A stretch of DNA of 63,201 bases, counting the filler, from Hyphochytrium catenoides (lineage: Eukaryota > Protista > Hyphochytriomycota), in NCBI GenBank assembly GCA_900088475.1. It is 7 parts of 7 records of this genome, joined end to end, with 100 filler letters (N's around TTAATTAATTAA, not from the genome) between each part and the next. Parts side by side here need not be neighbours in the genome. Positions count along the whole stretch, not along the records: positions 1 to 20,485 come from FLMG01003856.1; 6 more parts are not named here. One strand, given 5' to 3'. The translations under genes and the position numbers were made by a program. The notes beneath the pieces were generated by a model. The model searched no databases. It had not been told where the DNA came from and saw only the letters and a program-made list of their open reading frames with translations. Of this stretch, positions 1-13,800 are shown in pieces (position 1 is the stretch's first letter; every line of letters starts with the position of its first letter).

Positions 1-1260
1 TGTGACCCTGATGAGTAACTTTTGAACATAAAGACAGAGAGAAACCGATCTTAGCATCAAACACTAGCTCTTGGGCAGAGTCTCCCGTTTGCGGACACAG
101 ACGGCGCTTGGCCATTGGTGCCTGCTTCTAACTATAAAGGCAGCCTCTGCATCTCAAGCGCTTATAACTTTTATCCTCTGAGTCAGACAGTAAACGGAGA
201 AAGCCAATGACGCTGGAGATAGAGAACATTGGATGACAAGCGTCGGCTCTGTAGGAGGCTTGGACCACTGACGAGAGGGAAAGGTCTTTGAAAGGACCCT
301 TGACATCGAAGTGATGAACAGCTTCCATCAGTTCTGCTGGCTTGTACATTGGAAGATTTCTTCATCCCCATCTATCCGTTGAATGTCCGTGGCCGCTTGC
401 TGAAGCTTCCGAAGCTTACTATGTCCCAGGTTGTGCCTTGCGAGTGTGCCAGACGTCGTCGTTCTTCCCAGCTTTTTCTTCAATGGATAGATGAATCCGT
501 TCAGGCTTAATGACCTCTATCTCCTTAGCCTGTCCTCATAGAACATACACCTTGTCCTTCAGCCTTTCATTCGCACGCATGGCCCCAGTCCCTGATAGTA
601 CAGCCACCATCACATTCACTAAGAGTGGTTGTTGAGCTTCTTCCACTTCCTTCATCAACGGACAGCACCACTTGCTAACTAACAGTAGAAACAAGAGTAT
701 TGAACGTAGCCCTAAGATGCACAGCACGTCTGTCTGTCTGCAGAGGGCTGTCTTTCCTCCTCGATGACGAAGGAGGAACATCTTCATGTTATCTTCTTCC
801 TTCTCCCTTGTTTGCTCATGGCCATAACTGCCCGATCGTCCAGACAAGAGCAATGTTGATGATCAATAAAAGCTAGGGATGATGATGTCCATGCAAGCAA
901 CTCCAACACCGCGGGTTGATATTTTTATTAGGCCGCGCCAGGTTGCAAGGCCGACGGGCCAACAAGCAATGGAGAAAGAAAACGACGTAAGTGAACGAGG
1001 AAGAGACAGAAGATTCATAGCTTGTTTCTTCCTTGTTCCGGTGCAAAGTGATTATCAGACAACTACCGTGTGTGTGCCGCATGCAGCAGCTGTATGATAG
1101 CCGCATGCAGCAGCTGCCATCATCATCATCATCATGATACTCGTCCTCTCGGTAAGAAGAAGGCCGACTATACTATCCGCTTTGGCCTCATTCCTCGGCC
1201 CTGCCAAAATTGGCGGATCCCTTGAACAGTTAACAGTGCTTGCTCTTCTCTCATCAAGAC
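1..1260 (-). mobile_element. Highly degenerate Ty1/Copia retrotransposon relic (gag-protease-integrase fragments)
   Basis: Frameshifted minus-strand fragments in Copia order: gag-like AKADSIVGLLLTE (~1150-1190), TDVLCILGLRSILL (cf. DVLYVPGLxxNLLSV), pre-integrase DVWH...LGHSKL (~410-465), integrase-like HFDVKGPF and KRLR (128-349). Stops and frameshifts throughout. Confidence 0.6.
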
Positions 1261-2133
1261 TCAAGACTCAGCAGAGTTGCTGCAGCCTATCCGTAGAGTC
1301 TTCTTAACTCGAGGGCCATAGGACTGGTAACACAAAGAGATAGTTCACCCATGTCCTCCGACCTTACGACGGTGGTTCAAAGTGGCCATAGATAATAAAC
1401 CTAGGAATGACCTCCAGCATACAAGATACGGTTAGGGCCTTATTACATTGATGCACAGACGCTCTCTCTCTTTCTCTCTCTCTCTCTTTTTCTCTCTCCG
1501 TCCTCATTCCCTCCTCGCTCTCTCCCTTTTTGGCTCTCCGCCGTCACCTGTCTTTTCGTCTGACTCGCTCTCTTCTCCTCCTTTATTTATCACGTTTCGT
1601 TGTGCTCTTCATTGCGCAGTCACTCCCTCGGTTTCTCTTTCGCTCTTCTCTCTCTCACTTCCTTCTCGCGGTCCTCAGCGCTTTCTCTCTAAATCTTTAA
1701 CGATTTCCCTCTCTCTACCTTTCTGTTTTCCTCTAACTCTTGGGCTTCCGTCAGTCTTCTTATGAAAGAGTATGTCCCTCATGTGTACTCTTCACCTCTT
1801 CCTCCTAAGGTGTAAACACCGGCAAGGATCGAGAGGAGGCATGCTCTTGTCCTGCAGCACCATGGGCTGTACCAATGGAAACCCCTCCGCTGTCTATCAA
1901 CATGGTAGGGATGATGGCAATATCCGCTAAGAGATCTATTAGGGCTTCGCTAGATAGTATCAGACACAGGGGTGGCTCCTTCTAGCTGTAGAGAGCGTCA
2001 CCGCTTTGGGGCTATTTCTCTCTCCTTCGGGGTCAAATGCACCAGCCGCGCCTCTCTAATCCCTACGACTCAACTGCTCTAAGGCTTTTACACTTTCTCT
2101 TTCTTCTGCCCGTTTGATTGAGCTGCGGGAGTC

Positions 2134-3717
2134 TCACTCCTTCTTCACCTTATCTCCCTCTCCTCCTAATGCTGCCCTTTGGTAAGCAAGGTCCTTCAGA
2201 ACTCTGTTGCCTACGATGACAGTGACTAGAGCTAGAGGACCTACAAGCTTCAGAGTAGCGAACATGGGGAGGAAGAGCCAGAATGAGGAGTAAACAGCCA
2301 GGAGAGACGTAAGCAGAGCGAGAAAGGAGAGAGACCACAGCGCGCCTACTCCCTTTGGCAGATTGCCGAAGTTGAAGAACCCCTGACGAACGGCGTTGAG
2401 GAAAAAGATGACGATTGGAGCCTATCCAGCAATAAGAGGGAGTCAGTGCAAGCCATAGCCATTCTATAACAGACCAAAGCACTCAGATACAGAAGAGTAT
2501 TGGCAGAGAGATAAAGGAGGACGCATGGGGCTAGAAAAGAGAAGAGCTGAGTGGAAGGAACGGTGTCACATTCTAAGAAGAGTGAGCATTACGGACGAAA
2601 GAGACAACAACCATACCGCGACAGCCACGGAGAAAGCCGTAGCAAGGAATGAAGAAGCTCTCTTGTCCGGAGGCCTCATCTGATGAACAATCTCCGGAAG
2701 AGGCTCAAGAGTGGTGTCGCTCTTGTGCAGGAGAGGCTCAGTATATAGAGGTCTTATCTTCTCTCCTGGCTTTTCAGGAAGAGAGATCTTCACTTTCCCT
2801 ACGGACCACTGAAGCGGCTATATATAGAGAAAAGATATCGTCAGTGCACCAAGTGGGGAGCAAGCCACACAGAGAAAGAAGTTATATGTGATGGCAATGG
2901 TAGCAGCAGAAGCGAGATGTGAAGGCAGCGATTGGAGGTACTTAAATAAGGGCGGTCGAAGGGCCTGAGAAGAGACGTAGGACTAGAGACAGTTAACTAA
3001 AAGCTCAAAGGGGAGCTCGAACAGCTGGTGCGTCATAAAGAAAGGGAGAGTGTATGTAAAGCGATAAGAGTAGAGAGAAAGAGAGGTTTGCCGCCAGGGA
3101 AGTCAACGCAAGCCATGACGTTAGAATGTACCTGAATGTCATCATCGCCGACAAGGATATCCACCGTATAATCACCGCTAACGTACTCCAGATCAGATAC
3201 GTGCTTGATAAGATCGATGGCAATCTCATAGCTTCCTTGCTTGGCAGCAAATGGGAGAACAAGATCTCCCTATGAAGTCAAGAAGGAGACCGCGACAATG
3301 TCAGACACGAGACAACAGTCAATCGTCCAATTAGCATTAGCAGGCAAGTTAGATAGGCCTCCTATGAGACTGTAAGGAATTTATTGTACCTTCTGCGGGC
3401 CCGTTAGCCGCGCAAAGACCTGACGGGGCGTCAGGTCAGTCTCCTTCAGCTTAAAGTTCAGTTTTAGCTGGTCCCTGTTCATGGAAGAAACCTTTATGGG
3501 AGACACCAGAGGCTTCGGGAAGTCAACCTTTTGGTTATTGAGAGAGACATCTACCAGTGTGAGTGGCTTTTTTGCCTGTGGAAGATGGAAGGGTGTCATC
3601 AGAGATCAGTAGAGCTCCTTGCGAGGACAACGCGAGACTGGTTGGACGCACCGCGTGAGTCGACAGCATAAAGCACGTAAGTGCTCCTAAAAGCGCGCAG
3701 ATCTTTAGGGGTCCCAT
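2134..3717 (-). CDS. RPN2: Oligosaccharyltransferase subunit ribophorin II, short Swp1-like form (~292 aa, 5 exons)
   Basis: Exons 3717-3652, 3575-3390, 3269-3132, 2817-2617, 2421-2134, all GT-AG and phase 0. Signal peptide MGPLKICALLGALTCFMLSTHA; motifs PRQVFARL, SGDYTVDILVGD, PLPEIVHQMRPPDKR; three C-terminal TM segments; ends KVKKE (KxKxx ER-retrieval). Confidence 0.88.
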
Positions 3718-4096
3718 TATGTATCTTTTACTCAGCAACACAGGGGTTGCTCCGACTCTCTATTAGATGCCCACTTCAGTACCTCTGCCAACAGCAGCGG
3801 CTGTCCTCGTCGCTGCTAGTGCTGAAAACGCAATGAGCATCGTCTGGCAAAGCTCTTCTTGCCGCCGCAGCTTTATTTTGCAGCTCACACAAGAGAAAAA
3901 GAAAAGATATCTGAAGCCTCAGAGCCGCTAACGTAATGGTACAGCCCAATGGATTTGTGATAGGAACCGCTATTCTCAGAAATGTAGCACAAGTCTGAGC
4001 TGAGGTCGCTGATATGCTGTATTGTACTGTATGTACGTGGTCGCACGTACTTCTCTTGGGGTTCCTTTCTACGGTTTGGAGGATAGATAAAAAGAT

Positions 4097-4178
4097 CGAC
4101 GGCTGCAGGATTCGAACCTGCGCGGGAAGATCCCAGTGGATTTCAAGTCCACCTCCTTAACCACTCGGACAAGCCGCC
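4097..4178 (-). tRNA. tRNA-Ser, anticodon UGA
   Basis: Reverse complement GGCGGCTTGTCCGAGTGGTTAAGGAGGTGGACTTGAAATCCACTGGGATCTTCCCGCGCAGGTTCGAATCCTGCAGCCGTCG. 82 nt, long variable arm, CT-TGA-AA loop, G discriminator, B box, and a T-run terminator just downstream. Confidence 0.97.
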
Positions 4179-4859
4179 AAGCTCGAATTTCAATAGCCGG
4201 TATACCATATTATATACCAGAATATAATCTCATTGCTCTTTTTGTATTCATTATTATTATATGCTTCTCATAATAAGCCTCATAACTGTACGGATCATGG
4301 ATCTTCCGGGACGAACAACATACAGGAGGAGAGTGTTGGTCTACTGTATGAAAGCAAGGGGCAAGCCAAGAAGAGGCAAGATCGTCTGTTCTTCATTCTG
4401 ATTCTTCTCCTCTTTCTCTCACTGAACTCTCTCTCTCTCTCTCTCTCTCTNNNNNNNNNNNNNNNNNNNNNNNNNNNNNNNNNNNNNNNNNNNNNNNNNN
4501 NNNNNNNNNNNNNNNNNNNNNNNNNNNNNNNCTCTTTCTCTCTCTCTCTCTTTCTTTCTCTTCCTTCCTATCTCCTGCTCTGTTGGTCTCTCTATAACCT
4601 GTGCGTTCTGTCCAACCTTCCAACCGACATCCGAAGAATGGTCACGCACCGATCTTCAATCTTCAAGTATGAGCAGAGGATGCCGCTAAGAGCCTCTAGA
4701 GACCGAAGCAGAAGTCTTGAGCTCTAGCGGACGGGAAAAGCCCTGCATGCGGCTTTGACTCTATTGAGGAAGAAGGAGAGACAAAAAAAGAGAGAGGGAG
4801 AGACAAAGAGAAAGGGAGAGAGAGAACCGAGAGAGAAGAGTAGCTTACGAGGGCGAAGG

Positions 4860-5717
4860 ATGGCGCCTCCAGCTAATGCGCGGACTCTGGAGGACGAGCT
4901 AAGATATGTGAAGCGAGTGTCTCCCACATGGTCAGCGTCTCTCTACAGCTAGGACACAGAGCCAAACTCTGCCTCTTCTATTATTTACCTTTCTGCTTCT
5001 TCCTGTCAGCAATCTTTCCCTCAGCTCCGCCTCAAGCCTTGTAGGTTCCCTGAGGCAGCATCTTCCTCTTCTCCTCGCTGCCCAGTGGCCACAGTTTTTC
5101 TCCGTCTCTTCTCTCTTTCTCTTTCGCGGAGCCGTTGGCTACAATGGGAATCTGGGTTTACGATACGAGTGTGGGCCTCTCTTTGTGGCCGCTTTCTCTC
5201 TCTTTGCACCTTTTTTCTCCCTGTCTCTTTTTCTCTCTCTGTCTCTTTTTCTCCACTGTCTCTTTTTCTCTTTCTTTCTTGTACTCTGATTTCCTCTCTT
5301 TTTCTCTCTCTCTCTTTCTGTCTCTCCTTTCGACCTACATGTTGTTTCTTCGGCTCTCTCTCTCGCATCCAGATGGTTTCCCTCTCTCTCTTCCTCTCTC
5401 ATCTAAATTGCTCTCTCTCTCTCCCTTGTTGTCCCTCTGTTCCCCTGTCCCTCCCCGCTGCTACTCTATCCTCGCACTTTTCTCTCTCTTTCAATGTAGC
5501 TTCTCCATAGACCAAGGCTTTGTTCCCAAGATGCGCGTTCCTGCTCGATTTTATGTCAATCCCGCGCTGGAGCGCCTGATGTTCCAAGAGCTGGAGGACT
5601 ATTGCCAGCCTGGAGGCTCAGGAGGAGGATTCATCCCCGCCATGAAGCAATTAGCTAACGTTGCATCACTACCAGGTGAGAGAGAGAGAAGCAGGGAGAG
5701 AGAGAGAGAGAGAGAAG

Positions 5718-5781
<64 letters not shown>

Positions 5782-5970
5782 AAGGGAGAGAGAGGAGCGC
5801 AGAGCAAAAAGAGAGAATGAGCGAAAGCTAATGAGAATCAGGTTGTTCTTACTACCGCCTTACAGTGAGGCGGCTGAGAGAGCCGATGTGCGGGAGGGAG
5901 AAAGAGAGAGAATGCTTGCTTGTCTAGTGTAGGAACAGACCACCAACAAGAGAGGAAGAGTGATAGACAG

Positions 5971-6013
<43 letters not shown>

Positions 6014-7082
6014 TGAGGAGGGATTCCCGCTAAGGGATGAAAAAAGACAATTGGAGGGAGGCAGTGACACCATGGGAGTGCCAAGAGGTGACCCTTTGTC
6101 TTTTCTCTGCGCTGCTTTCTCTCCCCGCTGTCCTCTCTCTCTCCGTTGTCCTCGATCCGTCTTCGTTCTATAGGAATCGTCAATGCGTCAATCGGTCTGC
6201 CTGACGTGCACTCCGGCTATGGTTTTGCTATCGGTTAGTGTCTTCTCTCTCTCTCTCTCTCTCTCTCCCGCGTGTGTGTTTCTCTCTCTCCTTCTTTCTC
6301 TCCTATCTAAGAGGTAAAGGTCCTATGGCCCAGTCCTCGGAGCTCTCTTGGTACTCCACCAATAAAGTCTACTTTCACTGTTACCGAGCAATCGGCGCCT
6401 TTCAATTCTAACGTTCTCTTTCTGTTTCTCGTACTCTCACTCTTTGTCCCTCCTCATTTCTCACTTCTCTTTTTGTTTACCCAGGCCTGTCTCTTAATCT
6501 TTCGTCAATTTCTGGCTCACACGCACACACACTCTCTCTTTCTTTCTCTCTCTCTTCCCCTCCCTTCTCGCTCTCTCTGTCACCTTTGTTTTTAAATACT
6601 ATTCCTGTCTATTGCTTATGGTAGGGAACGTTGCGGCCTTTGACATGGAGGATCCAAATGCCGTTGTCTCTCCTGGTGGTGTCGGCTTTGACATCAACTG
6701 TGGAGTGAGGCTGATCCGGACGAATCTTATGGTCTGTCCGGTTATTTTTTGATAGCACCCGCTCTCTTTTCCTTCTCTCTCTCTCTCTCTCTCTCCTTCC
6801 TCTCTCTCTCTCTCTCTCTTTCTCCCTCTCTCTCTTTCACTCTGTCTTTCGCTGCACTGATTGACTTCGAACAAGCCTGTAAGATTTTGCATTTTGAGCT
6901 CCTGTCCTCCATCGCCCTGTTCCGCGGTTGTCTACCACATGGGCCGCTTTTTTCTGACCGTTTCTCTGTAGGCGGAGGATGTGGTTTCGGTGCAAGAGAG
7001 GCTAGCGCAAGCTCTGTTTGATCACATTCCCGTCGGCGTGGGTTCGAAAGGAGTTATACCCACCACGATGAAGGCAACGATT

Positions 7083-7155
<73 letters not shown>

Positions 7156-8184
7156 ATGGGGTACCTGCCACATGTCATTTTTACCTTTAAAGTCTTTATG
7201 GCCGGGGTCACTCTGCGTTTTAAAATTCCCCATTGCATGATAATCTCTCCTTGTATCCTGTCTCTCTTTCTCATTTTTTTTTCTCGGTGCGCAACTTTCC
7301 CGGCTTGCTCTTCTACCTCCACTGTGTCTACTTTATATTGGTGTTCTGCTGGGAGTTGAATCTAATGGTTGTCGGTACTCTGCCTTCTACCTCTATTTGC
7401 CGGCGCTCTTTCTTCTGTCTCCACCATCATTTGACACACTGACAGGCACTGGACCGGGCGCTGGAGATGGGCATGGACTGGAGTCTAAGGGAGGGATATG
7501 CCTGGCCAGAGGATAAGGAGCACTGTGAGGAGTACGGGAGAATGCTCCAGGCAAACCCAGAGAAGGTCGTGCGCTTCAACTACCTCTCTGTCTCGTTCGT
7601 CTTTGTGGGCGAGCAATGGGCTTCGTTTAGCAGTATCTGCCTCGTTTTCTCCTTAGACCGGTCATCGTCTTTCTTTGCACGCTGGGCCTATCTCGTGGCG
7701 TTGGTTCCTCCTCTTTGCTTGGCGTCCTCGTGGTCCTTTGTTCACTTCGAGGTCCTTCCAGATCTCTCGCAGGGTCTTTCTGGCTCTTATTCTCTCCACT
7801 GCTCTCTCTCTCTCTCTCTTGTGTTTATCTCATGTACTATGCCTCTTCTCTATATACGTCTGGGGTCCTTAGGTCAGTGCGCGGGCGAAGAAGCGCGGTG
7901 TGACCCAGTTAGGAACGCTGGGAGGAGGAAACCACTATGGAGAGATACAGATTGTAGAAGACATATACGATGAGTGCGGCCACACCCCTCTCTCTCCAAG
8001 GCAGCTTTTCTTCCTTGGGCACCTCGTCTCGGCCCAGTGTCAATCCTCACCTCACCTCCCTTCTCTACCCATTGCCAGTGTCACTTGTTGGGGTGTTGAC
8101 CTCACCTTATCTCATCACGGGCTCACGTTAATGCGCCGCTCTAAAGTCACTGTTACGCTCGCTCTCGCTCTCTCTCTCTCTCTC

Positions 8185-8231
<47 letters not shown>

Positions 8232-8259
8232 CTTCTTTTCTTTCTTCCTTTCTTTCTTC

Positions 8260-8323
<64 letters not shown>

Positions 8324-9425
8324 TTCCTCTTTTTTCTCTCAGACGTGTCTTTCTCCCGTACATACTGGCGTGGTGCAGCCCAAGTTCTCAGTCTTTTAGA
8401 TCCTATCAGCTCAGGTAATGATAACGAGATGTTCATACTGCTTTGTAGGTTCGCCGCCTCTAAGATGGGCTTGCAGAAAGGGCAAGTGTGTGTCATGATC
8501 CACTCAGGAAGCAGAGGACTAGGCCACCAAGTCGCAACGGACGCCCTTGTGGAGATGGAGAAGGCAAGACCACTCTTTCTTTTCTGTCTCTTTCTCTTAT
8601 TCTCCTCGTAAGCGACCTTCTGCCTTCTTCTTTCTGCCAAGTCTTCTCCTTCTGCAATCATCTGCCGCAATCTTTTGGAGGTAGCTTATCATATAAGGCT
8701 TAACTTCTTCCAGGATAGCCCAACCGCTTACCTTTCCAATTTGTCCATTCTCCTGACTCGGTTGCGCGTAGGCTATGGCTCGTGACCGAATTTCAGTGAA
8801 TGACCGTCAGCTGGCCTGTGCGCGGATCAACAGTAGAGAGGGACAGAACTACTTGCAGGCTATGGCGGCTGCAGCCAACTTTGCCTGGGTCAACCGAACC
8901 AGCATGACTTTCCTAGCGAGACAGGTAACTCTTGCAAGAGTGTGAGAGAGATCTAAACAAGAAAGGAAAGGACACGGACCAAGAGTCAGACATTGAAAAG
9001 ACGAGAGCAAGAGAGAGAGAGAATGAGAGAAAGAGAGAGAGATGGAGGGCCAGAAGGAGAGGGTCAGAGAGAAAGACAGGAAATAGGGAGACATACAGGC
9101 AAACAGATAGATAGAGAGTGGGATGGAAAAGGAGATTGTGACAGGAAAACAGGTAACAGAAGAGGAGAGAGTCGTCCGACATCTGTCGCATAGCATTTCT
9201 CGATCCTTTTGGCCTAAGTCAGTCTCTCTTTAGCTGTCAACACCAATTTTATGTTGCTTTCTTACTCTTGTGGGCTTCTCTCCTATTTAACCTCTTATTC
9301 TTGCTAGGCGTTTGCCAAAGTCTTTAATTCGACTCCTGATGACCTCGACATGCATGTCGTATATGACGTGTCGCATAACATTGCCAAGGTAAGACGAGCC
9401 ACGAGTAAGACGACAAGGGAAGAGG

Positions 9426-9464
<39 letters not shown>

Positions 9465-10444
9465 AGCGAGAAAGAGAAAGAGAAAGATAGAAAGTGCATT
9501 GTCTCTCTAGCTGTCCATCAGTTTCTCTCCTTCTCTCCTCTATGACCACCTAAGGATTTTGCCACCGGTGACATTTTCTCCTCTACACAGATCGAGCAAC
9601 ACCTGGTAAACGGACAGATGAAGACTCTCTTGGTCCATAGAAAAGGAGCAACGCGTGCCTTTTCTCCTCATCACCCGCTGATCCCTGTGGACTATCAATT
9701 CACAGGACAGCCAGCGTTGATAGGTGGAACGATGGGGACCTGCAGGTGCTTGTACCGAGAGCGAGAAGAGAAAGAGAGAGAGGGAATAGGAAGTCCTAAT
9801 TTGTCGTCTTTCTCTCTCTTGCCTCTAATGCACTACGTCACCTTCTGCTTTCCCTTCTCATGCTTTTCTCCCTGTCTTTTCTCTCTTATTCTTCTCTATC
9901 TCTGTCTCTCTTTCTTTCTCTCTCTCTCTTCTTTTCTTTCCCTCTTTCTCCGTAGCTATGTCCTTTTGGGTACCGAGAAAGGAATGGCCGAGACCTTTGG
10001 AAGTACCTGCCACGGTGCCGGTCGAGCCTTGAGCAGGAATAAATGCCGCAGAACGCTAGATTATAGAGAGGTCCGTCCAGCTCAAGTCCTCTAGGACTTC
10101 CAGCTAATGTCTTCTCTCCTGTCCACCAACCTGCCATATGCCATACTTGTTTCCTCTCCCAACAGACTGCCGCCCCAGTCTATGCCTTGTCTCTATCCTT
10201 GCTTGCTTGCTTGCTCTTTCTATCTATCTCTGTTTGCCCGCTGAGGTGTCTATCTTGAACGCTGCAGGTGCTCGACAACCTGAAGCAAAAGAACATCTCG
10301 ATCCGGGTGGCAAGTCCTAAGATTGTGATGGAGGAGGCACCAGAGTCCTACAAGGACGTGACGCAGGTGGTGGACACCTGTCACGAGGCAGGAATATCAA
10401 AGAAGGCCGTCAAGCTGAGACCTATCGCTGTTGTCAAAGGATAA
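4860..10444 (+). CDS. RTCB: RNA-splicing ligase RtcB (animal/archaeal-type tRNA ligase), ~13 exons
   Basis: Spliced translation follows RtcB closely: [114 protein letters not shown]. Two donors are GC (7074, 8564). Confidence 0.97.
5677..5780 (+). repeat. (AG)n microsatellite; representative of dozens of (AG)n/(CT)n tracts in the window
   Basis: Direct reading; similar tracts at 16020-16070, 36850-37100, 47884-47960, 55245-55460, and (CTTT)n at 8225-8320. Confidence 0.95.
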
Positions 10445-10883
10445 GAGAGAGAGAGAGAGAGAGAAAGAGCGAGAGAGAGCACAGGATAGGGGGCGAGAAA
10501 TCTGCCAGCTGTAGAATTGCAAAAGTGGCCCGATGGAAGAGCAGGAGGGAAGGTAAGAAAGTGAGCGGAAGACAGGGCATAGAGGAGGATAAAGAGAGGA
10601 GAAAGACAGAGGAACAGAGAATGAGACACAGGGAGCAGAAGTGGAAGTGTAAGAGAGAACAGAAGCCTCACTTGAGATGCATAGGAGAAATTGTATGAGT
10701 CATCAACGCCTCTCTGCAGTTTTAACATGAAGTACATTAGTTTGGTCTCACGTTTGAGTCAAAACTCTGTGTCTCTTGCCATCCCCTCATCTCTCTCTCT
10801 CTCTCTCTCTCTCTCGTCTTCGCTGTTCTACGCTGAGTGCCATGTATGCTCCTTCCTAGCTTTCCTGATCCTTACACCGTCTT

Positions 10884-13800
10884 TCACGTCCTCTTCGTAC
10901 TTCGAGAGGTAAATCTATGGACAAACGGGTTGACGCCAAACATCATCCAATATTGAGCGGCCAGGAATCCTTGCATAGCCTTAGGATTCTTCTCTTGAAG
11001 AGGATATTTGCCTCCTAGAGCCTGCGCGACCACCAGCCCGCTCAGCACTGCAAACTCTTGGACATTGAGCATCATCTCTGCGCCAGCGTACCAAATGTTC
11101 CCAACTCCTTGGGCTTTGTGCATGTTCCTGGCTGAGAGGAGGAACTGGACTGTGTGAGCTGTCAAACTGAAGTTTGCCTGAGCTATGGGAGAGAGATGAG
11201 CCGCAGTAGAGACAGAGAGAGCGCTAGTGTTTCTCTCTTTTGCTCTTTCAGTGAGCTGCTGGATGGCCGCAGTGGCTCCATAGATAATGTACCGCGGCCC
11301 TAGCTTCGAAAGCACCTCTTCTCTCTTATAACACCTCTTCCCGTCAAGAAGATGATGAGGGAAGGAGAGAGAGAGAGGAGGCGCTAATGTAAGATTCTTT
11401 TCTGTCTCTTGTTGACCAGCAGCGACAGGGTAGATGAGATTGATTTGCTCTAAAGAGAGACAGCCACCGACTCCTTGATTCTCTCCTTCTGTCTTTCTCT
11501 CCTGCTCGTGGCCGCTGGTTGCAGCGGTATCATTCGCGCTCGGACTCGATGGTGGGGAGGAAAATGAGGGAGAGAGAAGGAGATTGAGAAGACTCTCTCT
11601 CTCGTCTATCTCCTCAGAGAAAAGGACTGCAGACGTCTCTCTCACTTGCATTCTCTCTCGCCCGTACAGCCTCCGCGGCAAATTTAAGGCAGAGAATGAC
11701 TTAGGACTGGCCTCTAAGAGAGCGACGAGGTGAGGGATCCGAAGAGCAAGAATGACGTGATCAAACGTTTCTTCTTCTTTTCCTGCTCCTTCACTCTCAC
11801 CACGCTGAGGAGAGAGAGAGAGAGACGTCTTAGACTTGGAGAAAGGAGACTTTGAGCTAGAGGGAGAGAGGCTTGTCACTGCTCTTCCTGTCTGTATCTT
11901 GACCCCATTCTTTCTCACTTCTTCTGCCAGTCTCTCTATGAAGACTTTGCCTCCGTTGCGGAAAGACTTGCTGATGACTCTGCCATCCAAAGAAGTGCAG
12001 CCAGGGACTTGCGCCTCGAAGAAGAGGAAGAGAGAGAGAGGCGTTGAAAGCGATGCACCTGCCGTTCCAAGGTAAGTAGAGAGGCAGGATCGCATGTGGA
12101 GCTCAATGAAGGAAGGAGAGAAGCCAGAGAGAGAGAGAAACTCTCCCACTGTCTCTGACATCAGCCTTTCTTCTGAGTATCTCCTCGCGGCCTCCTGCAG
12201 CTTTTCTCTCAGCTTCATCCTCTCTTCCAAGAAAGATAAAGACGAGGAAGAGGCTGTTTGATTCTCTTTCATTCCACTGCCGCTAAGAAAAGCCGCATAC
12301 CCCGAAGGAGAGAGTTCCGTCTCCTTCTCACTTTCTATTCCCAACTGACTTAACAACTGTTCGAAGTTTGGCTGGCTAGAGAATGTCTTGAAGCCGAGAT
12401 CCACGGCTATCTTCTGTCCTTCATCTTTGCTGTCCTCTGCCGGTCCATCTCCTCGTCCTGCTCCCTCGACCTGATACTCATAGGTAAAGACTGCGCCGCC
12501 GAGCCGCTCTTCTCTTTCAAAGATAGTGATGTCAAAGTTAGGAGAAGAGAGAGAGAGAGCCCACGCAGCCGTCAAGCCGCTTACGCCTCCTCCCACAATG
12601 GCGATCCGTTGCTTGGCGATAGACCTAGCCTCGCAAGAGAAGGGCATCCAAAGGAAGAGAAGAGAAAGAGTAATGAGAAAGAAGAGGATCATGATCATCA
12701 AGGTGCGGTACGGCAGACGGAGATACTCTGTCTCGTCTTCTCCGTCTTGGTGTTCTCTCACCCTTCCTTCCACTGTCTCTTCTCCTCCTTCTATGACCTT
12801 CTTCTCTCTCCCATCGCCGTCTTCCTTCGTCTCCTCTTTCTGCCTACTACTGAAGGAGAAGAAGAAGAAAAGAGAAGAGAGAGACAGTTTTTCTCTCCTT
12901 CTACCGCTGCTGTCGCCACCCCTCTCTGCTGTCTTGCTGCTTGTCTCTCCTCTCTCAGCGTCAACGATGCTTTTCTGCTGCTCCTCGTCTTTTAGCTTCT
13001 CTGCTCCTCCTGGTCCTAGCACTTGAAGCTCTAACGGACTGGCAGCACAGAATCCTCTGCGCTGCTCTCTCTCTCTGCTCTTGTCGCTGCTACTCTTCCT
13101 CTTCTTGTTCGCTAAGATCCAATAGATCTTCACGACATAGAGCTGCGCTCCCACTAGCAGTACATAGAGAGGAGGAAAGGTCCAGCGCCAGAAGAGATCC
13201 CAAGAGTTGAACTTCTCTCTCTCCCAGGCGGTCTCTACATAGCACCAAGCTCCTAGCAGATTGACGGAGACTCTCAAGAGGAAGGTATACACAGCGTTGC
13301 CGGCCATAAAGCGACTGACTAGCGTCTTATTCGAGCTCAGTCGATAGAGGAGAATAGCGATAAAGCACGGGAACTCTAGGGCGATGTGCAGAGACATGAG
13401 GAAAGCGAGGCGCAGATAGAGCATGTCTACGCATTGAAAGACGGGAGAGAAAATAACGCTGAGGAGAAGAAGAGTCATGATGTGATGGAGAGAGACCACC
13501 GCCAGACTGCGAGACAGAGCGTGGTTGTCCGCTGCAGAGCTGCTGCTGCTGGCGGGACGAGAAGAAGAGGGAGGAGGAAGAGGCGGGAGAAAACTGGAAG
13601 AAGAGAGAAAGACAGCTGTAGGGCTGCCTTTCTCGGTGCCCGGCGAGAGATGATGATGTAGAAGCATCATGTGTCTCTCTTTGTTGGCGGTAGAAGAACT
13701 CAGCATGGGAGGAAGAGATGATATCGCCTCTCTTCTCCTACTGTCCTGTCGGTATCCTTCTCCTCCTCCTTCGACTTTCAAGGTCTGGGCAGAGAAAGGA

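Noticed and set aside
4097-4178. Selenocysteine or suppressor tRNA
   Set aside because: Anticodon UGA reads UCA (Ser); tRNA-Sec would have anticodon UCA.
4097-4930. tRNA gene next to the tRNA ligase gene as a functional unit
   Set aside because: The tRNA-Ser is intronless and an N gap separates them; proximity is probably chance.
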